A stretch of DNA of 63,984 nucleotides, filler included, from Platydemus manokwari (taxonomy: Eukaryota), in NCBI GenBank assembly GCA_037951405.1. It is 5 parts of 5 records of this genome, joined end to end, with 100 filler letters (N's around TTAATTAATTAA, not from the genome) between each part and the next. Parts side by side here need not be neighbours in the genome. Positions count along the whole stretch, not along the records: positions 24,846 to 37,226 come from JBBMOY010163343.1; positions 37,327 to 54,427 come from JBBMOY011120329.1; 3 more parts are not named here. The stretch is one strand, 5' to 3'. The notes under the pieces were generated by a model. It was given only the letters and a program-made list of their open reading frames with translations. It ran no database searches and was not told where the DNA came from. Position numbers and translations under genes: made by a program. How positions within the stretch are numbered: position 1 is the first letter of the stretch; every line of letters begins with the position of its first letter. Below are positions 27,450-40,600 of the stretch, piece by piece.

Positions 27450-28605
27450 TCTAAGGTTTTGAGGATTGGGGTTTGTTGATGACTTTTCAGACTTGTGGAT
27501 AATTTGAGGAGGATTGTGTTTTGGATTGTGGATTACTGTCGGTCCTGCAACCTTAACAAAATGAATATTACACTAATGTGTGGTATGTCACAAAACAACT
27601 AGAATATTCAGGAAACCATGTAAATAATCCTCGAAAGGTTGATACGCTCAGATTCGATAAGCGTACGTGCCAATAGCCAATCAAATTCCTTCTATTTATC
27701 AATCCAATTTTAGAATCCAATAATCAACTGTTGCATATCAACCACTGGCAACAAACATTGAGATGCGCCGATGCCACGAGAAAAGCAAGAGAATTTACTA
27801 ACGGATCGATATGTGGAAAAATGGAGCTCTTAGACATCAATTGAACACACTCGACAGTGGGATTTCACGAACATATGCCAGTTTATTTGGTCGGTAGCTT
27901 CTATCAGATATTAGAAAAATATAGTGGGAAGTTTGACAATGATCATAAATACGCTTTGGAAGGCTTGTTAGAAGCTAATGAAGAGTTTGTTACGGAAGAT
28001 GTTGAGAAAATGAGCTTGGAGACGACAGACAGCGTTTTAATCTAAAGAATGGTTGAATTTTAAGTTTCGGAAATTTGTAACGAAAATTATGGAGTGATTG
28101 AATATGACTTAGTTGATACTTGTGATGAAATAGACTATTTTTAAAATTTTGGAAATGGAGAGTGGTTATCAGTTTATGGACTCTGAAAATGAAGTAAAAT
28201 TTGAAATTGTAAATTCCCAAGCAGTAAATAAAGATAGTTATGAAAATGAAAATTCGATTTTGGAAAAAGTAAATTTGACTGCATTACTTACAATTTTTAA
28301 ATTACTAAGAAATGACGATTTAAGTGATTTACATTACGGAAAAAATTTTGACATTTAAAGATGAGCGAAAGACGATAAATATTGTGAATTGTGAAGGGAA
28401 AATAACAATTTCGAAAGATGTTTTTAATAATGTATTGGATTTTCGAGTCATGGAAAATGATAATTTCGATTTTAATACGAAGAAAGATAAAATTTTTGTC
28501 TTTATTTTTGACAAATACTTTGTTATTCAAATCTCAACATCTAAAAATATCATGTACCTTCAACATGTGAATGTATTCACATTATCATCTCACAAATTTC
28601 ATTAA
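27450..28605 (+). pseudogene. Intronless decayed ORF of unknown family
   Basis: One plus frame persists from ~27460 to ~28190 with only isolated stops (...NEYYTNVWYVTKQLEYSGNHVNNPRKVDTLRFDKRTCQ*PIKFLLFINPILES...GFHEHMPVYLVGSFYQILEKY...), then continues via frameshifts in ORFs 28149-28358 and 28324-28605. Confidence 0.45.
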
Positions 28606-31439
28606 AGCGGCCGCAAAACTAGCAATAAATTAATGAAATGTCACTTAAATTGTGATTACTAAATATAAAGACATTATTGAGTTGTATTCGAATTTAGCTC
28701 AATTCATTTTTGTATTTCACAAGATTTATTATTTTGATTTCAATTTTATAGATATTTTATAGCGTCTGCATAATTATACTTTAAGTTTCCACTTGATTGA
28801 TTATATAGTGTTAAATATATAAATTTTGACGTGATTTGGCTCTTAGATTCTTCATTAACGTAAGCGGTGACAATTTAATTGGAAATTTCACTCAACAATC
28901 TGAAGTTATTATTTAATCTTAATTAGTTATTTCAACAAGGAATATTTGTCCAGTTGCAGAAAAATTGTAAAAATTCTTAAAGTTATACAATTTTATATCA
29001 CCGTTGTAATTATACCGATGTTACTAATTAATACTTTGTACTGAGGAAATCTTCTGTATGATGTTTGTCAAAATCTTCTTTAAATCTTGTGCATATGGTA
29101 TAATTTGATATCAAAATTTGTAATTAATATTTTGTTTATAATTTATGCGAATCATTTTGTCATGCAATCATGTTATATAGATGGACTTTTCTTTTTTCTG
29201 CCTCTTTAGTCATTTCTTGTTTTTCACTTTATATGTCTCAGGATTCTTTGTTTGGTTTCTGCCTTGTTTCCAATCATTTTTCGTGCCAGTGTCTTAAGGA
29301 GTCAAGGGTTTCTAAACTCTTATTAACTTGAAACAAGGCTATGATACGATGTTCACCATAGTACTTGTGTAATGTTTTTAATGATATTATAAATTTGTAT
29401 CGTTATTACGAATTTTTTTAATTATTACGTATTGCCTATATTATATTCATTGGATTGCCATTGCATCAAATATTCCTATCAAAATCAATATAATCAGTAT
29501 AATTTGAAATTTTCATTCGTCGTCATAAATTCAAGGTTTTATATAATGGAACCAAACAATTATCTATATAAGTGTGGGCTCAATTATTAATGCAAATTTA
29601 TTGATAATTGTTTCTGAAATAGTAGATAATTTGAAATTGAAATGCAATAATGTTATACAAATCTTCTTTTCGAAAGCACAAAGTCATATATTCTGAATTT
29701 TATCAAATCATTCCCGTGTATTAGATAAAATAAATTTTTGAAAAATCTTTACTCTATTAAGATATTTTGTCGAGTAAATTTTATATATTCGAAGATATTG
29801 TACCTGAATAATGCGCCTGATTAAAATATAACTTTCGTACATTTTATATTGAGTTATATGTGTGTTAATTTTTGGGGTCACACGTCTCTTCGCATATTTT
29901 TTGCATGTTTCATTTTGCGCATAATTTTTGTAACTCTTAATACGTCGTTTACTATATTTAACAACGTTATGGTGATCGTGGTTAGCTTTTTCGCTAAGTA
30001 TGAGTGATATTTATAATGATATTGTATTTACCAAAAATAGTTTTAGGTTCTTTTCTTAATTTTTATCAATGATCGGAGCTTGATAAAACAAAAATGTCTT
30101 ACAGGAAAACAAATTTTTGTTTCAACTTGATTATAAATAGTTAGGAAATTTTATTTTAAATTTTCTATTTAAAATATTTTTTAAACTTTTGGATATTTAC
30201 TCTTGAGGATTTTAGTATGTTCTACAAAAGCAAATTTAATTTCAATTTTTTACTATTTAATTTAATCTTTATTATGTCTATATATTTGTGTATAGTATTG
30301 CATCATATTGTATTTGTATTCTGTTGTGACCATGTTTAATAGATGCCAAGTTTGATCTAACCATTTCGTTTTATTTAATTATATGACACAAGAGTTGTAA
30401 GGAAATCTACTAATAAACTATTATGTTGTTTATGTCAGCGAATAAAAAAGGTAAGACAACAAGTTTATAAAATAAGTTGAATATCATGAATAACTACTAC
30501 CAATCTTATATTGTAGGTAACTTTCTATCTAGCTTATTCTTTTGTATGATCATTTCATTGAAAAATCTTTTATGACCATTATTTCCGTCACACTTTATCT
30601 TTCGGGTATTTTTTGTGAGTTATAGTGAGAAACTTGGCAAGTTGGTTTAAAATTGTGCTTGTAATTACATTTTGAAATATCCAGCAATAGTTATTTTTAA
30701 AATACTGTAACAACATCAATTATTTACACAATTTAAGTCAATATAAAAAATTATAAAAAGTGCTTAGGCATTCTTGTTGAGAAAACTAGTACCGGCAATT
30801 TTTATTCATTTTAGAGACATAGATTTTGAAATGTTTCTAATATAGTAGTTACAAGTACACTTTTACCTCACAATTCTATAGATTTCTTAACTCACAAAAT
30901 TCACTAGATTTGACGGATGCGCGGATTCAGTGAAATTGGTTTTGACAAATTTGTGATTTCTAATTCTCAACTGTCAATTCAAAATTCAATTGATTTTCAT
31001 TTCGCCAATTTTTCGCAATTTAATATTAATTTCTGAAATTCAACTAATTCTGAATTTATATATCTCCATTCTGTCTTTAGTTTTTTCTACTTCTATTTTC
31101 AGCTTGTAAAGTGTAAATGATTTTTGTTATTGAATATAACTGATCACATCTATTTTAGATTTTCGCACATATTTCAAATGATATACATTAAATGAGTGGT
31201 TAATCTTTTGTTGAAGTATCTCTGCTTATTGATTTATCGAAATATCTTATTCTAACCGTCTGATTTATGATTGATTGATTTATCTTATTTGTTAACACTA
31301 CTCGGATTTTACCTGAATATTGAATCATAATATTTCTTATTTATATGATTATAATTATTATATAGATCCATTTTGTAATTTACCATTAAAAAAAATCATT
31401 TTAATCTTAAAAAATCAAACATGAGAATTATTATATGCA

Positions 31440-31683
31440 ACAATTCAATGCAACAATTTCTGAAAGGACGCAGGTTTGAGTCGTTTGATGAAGTTGAAGA
31501 AGCGTGCCAAGTGTTCTTTGATTCGAAGCCGTCTGAATGGTACTTTGGCCAGATTCGGAAAATTGCAGCAACGTTATTGATAATGACGGACTTTATTTTG
31601 AGGGATAGTTGTTGTTTTAAATAAATTTATGTACAACATATTTTTATTTCCAATTTTGTCCGCGAACTTTATTTAAGTCATAT
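31440..31683 (+). mobile_element. Mariner transposase 3' fragment with degenerate right TIR
   Basis: SMQQFLKGRRFESFDEVEEACQVFFDSKPSEWYFGQIRK, then GTCCGCGAACTTT...TA. Confidence 0.8.
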
Positions 31684-34600
31684 AATAATTCACTACACTT
31701 AATTCTTTTTCACAATCATAAGTCATATAATTCAACTCAATGAAAATGATGCTTAGAATTTCGTTTAGAAGTCAAAACCGCGCCCATCCGTGAGTTATTA
31801 TATATTTTACACTACTTATACCTTTATAAAGATTATAATAAAATAACACAGGATTAATTGTATGGGTGTAATTCGTTAAGATTTTTCTTTAAAAGATTTT
31901 GTAAAGTTTTCTTTACAATTGTTTTTAGGCTCTAAACTGATATTTCTTCTTTAGAAATTCAATTTTTGCTATTATTTTCTTCTGAACTAAACAATAGTTA
32001 CTTCAAGTTAACACAAGATAAGATTGTGTTAATGGTGATCTTCAATAATTAGCGTTTTAATGTGCTTTATCTGTCCATAACCACCCAAATATTTTCGTAT
32101 CTTATTATTTTGATTTTAATTAAAAACAATCACTTCTTATTGTTCGATGTTATTTCCTTCAATTTTTAATATAATTAGTTCTTATTTTACTATATTAAAT
32201 TCTTAATTTATGACCTTATTTTAATTATTTCCCCTTTCAATTGAAACAGTAGGCAAAAACTTATGAGTTTTTACGAATTAGTCTGTGCTAAATTTACGAT
32301 CTGACTCAATTATTATAATCATAACGTCCTAACTCCTCAGTAATAGAGGCGCGGTTGTCAACCATGATTAATCAAGTTTGCAGATATAAATGAACTCAAT
32401 AAACAATAAGCAAAATATATTAATATTCGTAAATAATATATTAACTCGAGAGTGGAAATAATAACTAGCATTGTTTGTATTCTTTGTGTTTAGTTTTGTT
32501 TTAAAGTAGTATTCTTTCTCAGGAAGTTGTAGGTTTTACCTGAGCAAAGCTCATTCTTACTCGAACATAATTTCTTTACTCAAGTTTCTTTGTTTAAACA
32601 TACAAAGAACGTCTATTTATTTATTTTTATATGTATATAAAATTTTGTTTTATTATTATTATTATTGAGCACATTTACGTTAATCTCTAAAGTCAGCTGT
32701 TACATTTTTGAAAGCTTGTTATTTAAAGGTAAAGTTATTAAATTTTTCACACAAAAATCGATTTATGCTGTTAAAAGTTTTTTTCCAATTTAATTTTAAT
32801 TAATTAATTCACTAGTTCATTAATTTATTATAGCTAGTTTTTCTTATGGTATTTTATATTTTCTTTGTGTTACATTCGGGCCTAATAAGTATTGCACAAT
32901 TTCAGTTTATTTATGCTGATCAATTAGTTAATTGTTACCAATGTTGTCTTAATCAGTCTCTTGGAGTTCTTATTATCTTCAAGTTTATTCTCTTCATCTG
33001 GCACTTGTGTAATGACAATGAGATTTGCAACAGTATTATTATCTTTATAACTCTTAGTATCAGTTTCACTGGTTTTAACTATTCCAAATGCATTATCGAA
33101 TTGTTGCGTTTGAGTCTTATGTTGTTTCAAATTTATTGTAATATTAGAAGCTTGTTGTGCGTCTTCTTAATCAGTCTCTATGCGTATCTTTTCAAGGTCA
33201 CAGGTACAACAGTTTACCTTAAGTTTAAAATTCGGAACTTATTAATTTTATTTGTTATTTTTGGTAGTTTATCAACTTCACTGTAACTATTATTTGCAAC
33301 GTCAGTTATTCTATCGGGGTACCAATCCCTAATTGTTTTAAATTTATTTTTATTCGGATTACTACTTATAGATTGAAATTTTCTCATTTGAATTTACAAG
33401 TTAATTATTTAAAAGTGATTTTTATTTCTCACTGGGGTTCTTAAACTTTTAACAATTTTGAACTAGTTTTATCCTCACTCGGGGCACCAATTGTTGTATT
33501 TGGGTCTTATTCTTTTTCAAAGTTTATTATGGGCCACTGACGTATTGATCAACCTCAGTATCTTTTTAAGGCCATGGGTACAACAGCTTTCTTTATATTT
33601 AGTATGTTCACTTCGCGCAACAATATTGTGTGGAATCAATACGTGTGGCAATAATGATTTCATAATTTCTATAATTAGTCTCAATTTAGTGTCCTTAAAC
33701 TCGCTGGCACTAATAATTTTATTATAACATATTGTGCTTACTATTACTATCAATAAATAACGCTTTAAGACATTAAAATTTATTAACTAACACAAATTAA
33801 TGCAATAGGTATAAAAACTACAAACACTGATTTTAATAATACAATATTCAACTAAACATATTACTAAATTTTAGTAAATTATTGGCAGAAGATTGCTGTT
33901 GATAAACTTCACTCTCTTAAAGCAAAACCAAACACCTGAATATGTTTATATAGTAATGATCAAAATTAAGTGCTTAAGAATTAGATGTTTACTTTATCTC
34001 TGGCAAACAGAATTCTTCCCATCCGTTTTTTAGTTTGAAACAGGGCATTTAAATGATTTTTCCTTTTTATTTATACTATTTAGTTCAATTGAGTATCTGA
34101 GCTTTTAATGCCTCATAATTTATTTTAATCTTCAGGGATTTGTTATTGTAATTTGGTTACATATGATTTTTTTACTGTTTAGGCAGGAATTATTATTAAA
34201 ATTCAAAATTTATTATTTTTTTCATAGAGTAGTTCCACATCAATAAATAATTTGATACAATTATACATTGATACAGCAGTTGGACATCAATATAAAAGTT
34301 TATACAATTATGCACTACAAATTAATAAACATATAAGAGAATTGTTAATGGCTTTTTTGTTAATAGTTATTTAGCACAGGACACCAACAGATCAACATAG
34401 TATTATCACTCGAATTGTAAGTGCTTATTTAATTCAGAATTTATAATTTAAGTTAAATAGATGGCCGTCTTTTAAAATACTCTTACTTTAACAAATATCA
34501 GAACATTATAATAATGTATTAGTGACAATGATAATGACGACAGATAAATTCCCTATTGAATAATATTGTTTAATTATATTAATAGAACTATAAGGTGATA

Positions 34601-34799
34601 TAGTTGGACTCAAATAAAAAATGTATTATCAATGATTTGAGCGTTTTTTAAATTCATATAGATACAAGTCGATAATTAATGATTCCAACAAGAATCTGAC
34701 AACTAACAGATTAATAGGTTGCGTGTAATAAGTTAAATAAATGAATAGCAATTAGCAATAAACAAGATAATGAATATATTCAATATAGTATAAATTTAC

Positions 34800-35680
34800 T
34801 AATGTGTGTTGCTAGGTTTTAAAGATAAGTAATGTGGAAAATTTTGATAATTTATATTTCTTATTAGTCAAATTCAAAATACAAATGTACAATTTGTAAA
34901 AAGGCATTGATTAATGATTATAGGCCAGAAGGATTTTATTTAAAAATCTTTAACTTATCTGAACTTCAACGGTTAAGGTTGTTGTTGCAATTTAAACTCC
35001 GATTATATTTAAAATATAGATAGTTATATTAAAATCAATAGAATAGCAACAGGTCAACAATAATCGATTAATTGAAATAATTTTAATACACTTGAAGATA
35101 ATATATAATTGTGTTGTAATGTACAAGTACAGAAACCTAAAGAAGAAACTTAATGATGTGCTGCCTAGATGCTCGGACAAGCCTCTCGACAAAAATGAAA
35201 GTAGGAAACAAAAGATGTGTACATTTATGAGATTTTAAAAGACATGAAGACTAGAAATAGCCTTGGGTCTGTAATTAATTAGCTTAACAACAAAAAATTT
35301 ACTTGATGGCATAAAATGTCTGGGTAATAAATGGAGTATCAAATGGATTCCTTCGGTAACTTATGGTACAAAATAAACTGGAACAATTTTCGTAATAAAA
35401 ATCGACAATCAAATCGTAATCAAATTTTTGGCTGAGAAATTTGTGAGTCAAAGATTCTGATTGCACTTGCGTTTTGTGTTTTTTGTTCTATTAGTGTATT
35501 TAGGTACAGTTGTCTCTATTTTTAGTAACACTTAGAAGCCAGTTATAAATTTAGTATCAACCCATAATTTTAATGTACAATTACTTCTAAATTATGGGAG
35601 TCTATTTTTAGCACTGACGTAGCTACTATAATTACATTGTGGTTAGATTCTTTCTGTGACCTTGAGGTCAATAAAACAAT
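34800..35680. repeat. Dispersed ~0.9-1 kb repeat, family B, copy 1 (possible solo LTR)
   Basis: Collinear blocks shared with 48770-49770: TACAAATGTACAATTTGTAA, CAGAAGGATTT, GGTTGTTGTTGC, TGCTCGG..AAGCCTCTCG, AAGACTA.AA.TAGCC.TGGGTC, AAAAATTTACT, TGACCTT. Confidence 0.75.
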
Positions 35681-36444
35681 TTATTTTTTGATATATATAA
35701 TTATTTATTTTTAGTTTTGATAATGCTTAGTGCCTTTTTCTTATAAAAGATATTTTTATTTTTAGGAAAAATTTATTTAAAAAAAATTTCAGATTTTTAT
35801 TTTTGTTAAAAAATTTTAATATTGAATTTTATTATTTTTCATAGTTAGTTCCCGAATGTGTCGTGAATTAAAGACAATAACAAGACAGTACGACGGAAGG
35901 GTTAAATGCACTACTTTTATGTAAAATTAAGAAAGTGATTTTGGGTTTAAACAAACTTCTTTGAACTGTGTACAAACTTTGGCATAATGAATTATACCCA
36001 ATCTTCTTTCTGATATTGATATAATTTGTAAAAGAATGAAATAAATAAAATTTCCATGAATAATAGTCGAAATGTAAAGTTGAATAAAAAGTATTACTTG
36101 GAAACAAATACGAATAATGTCCTCAATCTGATTAACATGCACATGTGTTTAATATCCACAAGAGGATTATTGTAATTGATAATTTACATATGATTGGTAT
36201 CCAAAATAGGATTGAAGTTCACGAAAATAACTAACGTTCATTATTTAATTCAAGAATGTGAAATTATTGTGCAAATTTATTTTGTTATTAATTTTAAAAA
36301 TTTTCGGTACTTTGTATTGTGATTATTTTGGGAAATAATTATCAGGCTTCAAAATGTAAGCAGTAAAATTTGAATCTTACATATTATTTATGATAAAATT
36401 TATAATTCATATTAATTTGGTATTTATTTTCTCAATTTTCTATT

Positions 36445-37226
36445 TGTTACGTTTTGGGGTCTAGTTTATTTTGTTTTATTATTATTGGTTACTTTAATGA
36501 TCGTTATCTATGTCTTGATCATTTTATCAAGTCTGTTTGACCATCAGATAGTAATTAGATCTCAATTAATTGTTCTTTCTTTTCATCGAATTTTATACAT
36601 TGAAATTATTTTGATTCTACTAATATACATTTAAATCGTGAAATTCTATGCGGATCGTCGATCAACATATCCCTTTCGTGACTTTGGGGTGTTTTTTCAG
36701 ATATTTAACCTATCCTCGATAAATAGGAAGAATATACGACTAGATATTCTAATAAGTGATTTTTAAAGAAATGATTTTACTCGTTTCACAATCGTTGGAA
36801 ATTTATGACTATTCTCTTTCTGTGAAATTGCAGCTCATAAATTCCTAATTGGATCGATGAATTGACTCGGCATAACTTTGTCAAAGTGGTCTTAAAAGAT
36901 AAATCTTCTCGAATGAAGTAATTGACAATTTAATAGTGGCTTTAAATAAAGCAAGGGCACATGTCGGTAATGGTCTTAAATATTAATTACCGAGCCAAAG
37001 GAAGTAATACGCTAATTATTTATAATGCTGGGTGCATTTCCGGTTTAATTGTTATTATTATTCAACTACTATAGGCTAAAAGAAATTAATATTCGTTTCG
37101 GATAGTTACTATGTGGATTTTATTCTTCCTATTATTAGGATAATGGGTTGATTTTAAATTCATTGTTGATATTTTTGGTTGTCAATAAAAATACAGGATT
37201 AATTGTTATTGTCTAAACTGAACTTA
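36445..37226 (-). mobile_element. Solo LTR, family A, copy 2 (internally deleted, runs into gap)
   Basis: Starts TGTTACGTTTTGGGGTC (cf. TGTTGCGTTTCAGGGTC at 8756); shares ATAAATAGGAAGAATAT.CGA with position ~9328. Confidence 0.65.
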
Positions 37227-37326
37227 NNNNNNNNNNNNNNNNNNNNNNNNNNNNNNNNNNNNNNNNNNNNTTAATTAATTAANNNNNNNNNNNNNNNNNN
37301 NNNNNNNNNNNNNNNNNNNNNNNNNN
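37227..37326. other. Artificial scaffolding spacer
   Basis: N44-TTAATTAATTAA-N44. Confidence 0.97.

Positions 37327-37399
<73 letters not shown>
37327..37399. repeat. Perfect (AAT)n microsatellite at contig edge
   Basis: Directly visible. Confidence 0.97.
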
Positions 37400-37400
<1 letters not shown>

Positions 37401-37684
37401 TTGCTAGTTCTTTCTTTTATTGCTTAAAGGATTTCGAAATATTTTCGAAGTTGTCGGAAATTACAAATAATTCCTCAAATTCCATCAGTTAAAAATGTTT
37501 CGAGACCAAAATAAAAACTTTATCAAGTTTAATTAAGCTATAAATTTTAATGATAAATCAAAGTACTGAAAAAATGTAAATAATGTCTCTACTAAATATT
37601 TGCATAATGCCGATAGTTCGAGCGGTAGATTAAATATTTTTGATATTTTCAATAATTAAATAAAGTAAACCAATTATAATATAC

Positions 37685-40600
37685 CTCTGAGGAGGAAGTG
37701 GGGCAATTTCTTTGATTTTGAACTGGTCAGAACTGAGGACTTTTACATTTGCATGTGGGCCAGAACAAGGCCGATCAGATAGCATTAAGCTTTTTTCCTG
37801 ATTTGAAATTTGATGTGGTCCAAGAACTGGCTTCTTTTGCGGTTGAGGCGCAAAGGCTGATTGAACACGTCTATTAGCATACATCCAAGGAGGAGTACTG
37901 TCGGTGATATTTTTTTGTTCTAATAAAACCTCTCCAACAAGATCATCTGTTTCGTCATAGTTGTTTTTGGTCTGTCGTGAGCTAGGTAGATGTGAAGCGA
38001 TGCTTATACTAGTCGGAGGTACGGGCAGAGGTTTATTTGGAGTGATTTTCGGATTGCATAACGCATTTGGCACAGCTCTGTCCGCATTATTACTATCAGA
38101 TGATCTTGTATTATCTGTTCCAGTTGGAGATCGATCAAGTTTATCTTTAATAACAACTACAGGACTGCTGTTATGATTTCTAAAATTTTGATTAAAAATA
38201 AATATCGACTTGGTTACAAATAATAACTAATATCGAATGATGTTACTCTGAAATCTAAATTTTTCTATCAGATTTCAATTATAATTTGGTCCTTTTAATT
38301 ATAATTGTAATTAAAAGAGTAATCGAAGATTTTTTTTGGAATCACAAGTATAACACATAAAATGAATACAAAAAAAATAAAACATTAAGGTAGATCTTTT
38401 CCGTCCCAAACAGTTCCCGTTATTTTAAATATACAAAAAATTTTATACAAAATTTTACAAACAGAACTCAGAATAAACTCATTAATGAGGATACAATTGT
38501 TAAATTAGGATGGATTAAAACAGATTCAGCGGAACCCAGAGGCTCAAAGGGTTAGCTAATGGGACCGCAAATCGCTTAAACAAAACAACAAAAATGGACA
38601 ATTTTTCCTCACTACAATATTGTTTAAGATTTAAGGGTTTTTCGATAGCTTATATTAAGACTTTAGAAATGGATAACTAAATTAAAGCTAAATAGGTTAA
38701 TGGCATTCATCCTATTGTGAAACATCGAACCTAATACTCGCTTGCGATTTTACGAGATTGTGTCGCAACGATATTTTAAAAGTAAATGTTTTTCCACATA
38801 TTTACGAATATTATTCACATTTAATTTTAAGAATAAGATGAGTGCCATGAATGTCCCGATGAGTTGGGTGTTTGCAAAGAACTCAAAACCCACTATAAAT
38901 TTTGAAAACAATGAATTAGAGGGTATCAATCAGATTGCTTTTTTAATATCTTGTTTATATAAATTAATCAACATCTAGTAAGTTACTTATGTTATTCAAT
39001 ACCATAGTCAGTGTTATGCTTAAAATAAAGTTTAATAGTTCATATGTAAATATTTGTTCTACATTATTTCTTGCTCCCAGAGGTCTTCACCCCAAGGCGA
39101 AAGGTTTAAAATATTTTTATATTTATTCTGACAATAAATTAAGTTTTTAAAATTACATTCACATTGAGACGCATGTAAAATATTAAGTGAAATAATTTTG
39201 CAGATAATTTTATATTTTTTTTAAAAAAAATGTCAACTCAATAAATACTACCACATGTATTGGTCAATGTTTTAAGAAAAGTCAAACCTGACTTTCTATT
39301 TTCTTTAAAAGAATTAAGAATTAGCGTACTCCTTTTTATGATTTTATCTCGAATACAGTCAAGTTGAAGCTAACCGATTCAAAGAATCCCATACCGAAAA
39401 TAAACAAGAGAAATTCAATTTTGTACAGTGGAATTAGTAAAGCAGAAAAGAATGCTGATATTTGCCATGAAATGTATTTTTTAATAGAAGATTTACGAAT
39501 ATAAGTCAAGATTCTTCTCTTATCTTCATAATAATAATAATAATATGTTAATATAAACGATTCAGCTTTTATTATACAAAAAATCTATTTACATTAAATC
39601 GCTCGTTAAAATTGACTTGTGCATTCTAAAAAATTCCAGCATTTGCAAATAAATTTCTCCAACAGTAAATTCTAATTTAGATTCATAAATAAACAAAAAT
39701 CTATCATAATTTTTGCCAATAATTCTTGTTTATTTATTATTTCAAAATAAATTTTATTACTGTGTTGGTTCCGAAAATAAAAATGGTATTATCCTAAAGG
39801 GTAAAGATTCACGAAGACATTTCCCAACAGAACTATTTTCTTTTATTGAGAGAATCAAACAATATCCTTTTTCGTGATAAATTTTTTCGATGTTTAGATC
39901 TGTGTCTTGATCGAAACTAGATTGAGAATTATTCGAATGAATAAATTATATCATATCTTTTCTTTTATAAATCGAGTCTTTTACAAGTTGGAGTCAGTTA
40001 TCAGTTAATATTTGATAAAGATTAAAGTCGAAATATCAGCCTTTTGAAAGTAAAATCTTTTGCCTGGCTTCTTATAATGCAGTGCAGTTGAACTCGGATA
40101 TTATCACATCTATTAACATAAATTACAGTATATTTTGATGTCGTTGATTTTTTAGTTCGTTTTTAATGTGCGGTTTTTAAAATAGTAGCGGCAAAGGATG
40201 GCGACCACGCATCTGGATTCGATTCTGAGAAGATCAATGACTGAAAATTATAGAAAGAGTAAGATGTGAAGATTATATAGATACTATATAAAGATGTAGA
40301 ACGATATAAAGATGTAGAGTAGATATAAAGAATATCTAGAGAAGATATACAACAGACAGAAGAACCATAGTTTTTTATGTAGATAAATATGTGAGCTTCC
40401 GATACAATGCCAATTAAGAATACAAAGAAAATCAAAGATGTTTTAAAAAGGGGGTTGCGAGCATTTAAAGTTGAATTAAATTTTTTTAAAAATGTGGGAT
40501 ATGTGGAAAATTTAAAGAAATTAATAATAGTTTGATGTCGGGACTTTTCAGTTCGTTTTTAATGTGTGGTTTTTTAAAATAGTAGAGGCTTACAAACATA

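Noticed and set aside
27405-27552. Minus-strand VAGPTVIHNPKHNPPQ...DNDC* as terminal exon of the PTB gene
   Set aside because: Phase is incompatible with the phase-2 donor at 37685, there is no SH2 similarity, and it overlaps a plus-strand decayed ORF.
40199-40250. Hammerhead ribozyme / Penelope pseudo-LTR interpretation of the three-copy repeat
   Set aside because: No CTGANGA...GAAA core; PBS plus PPT plus TG...CA ends fit an LTR-type TRIM better.
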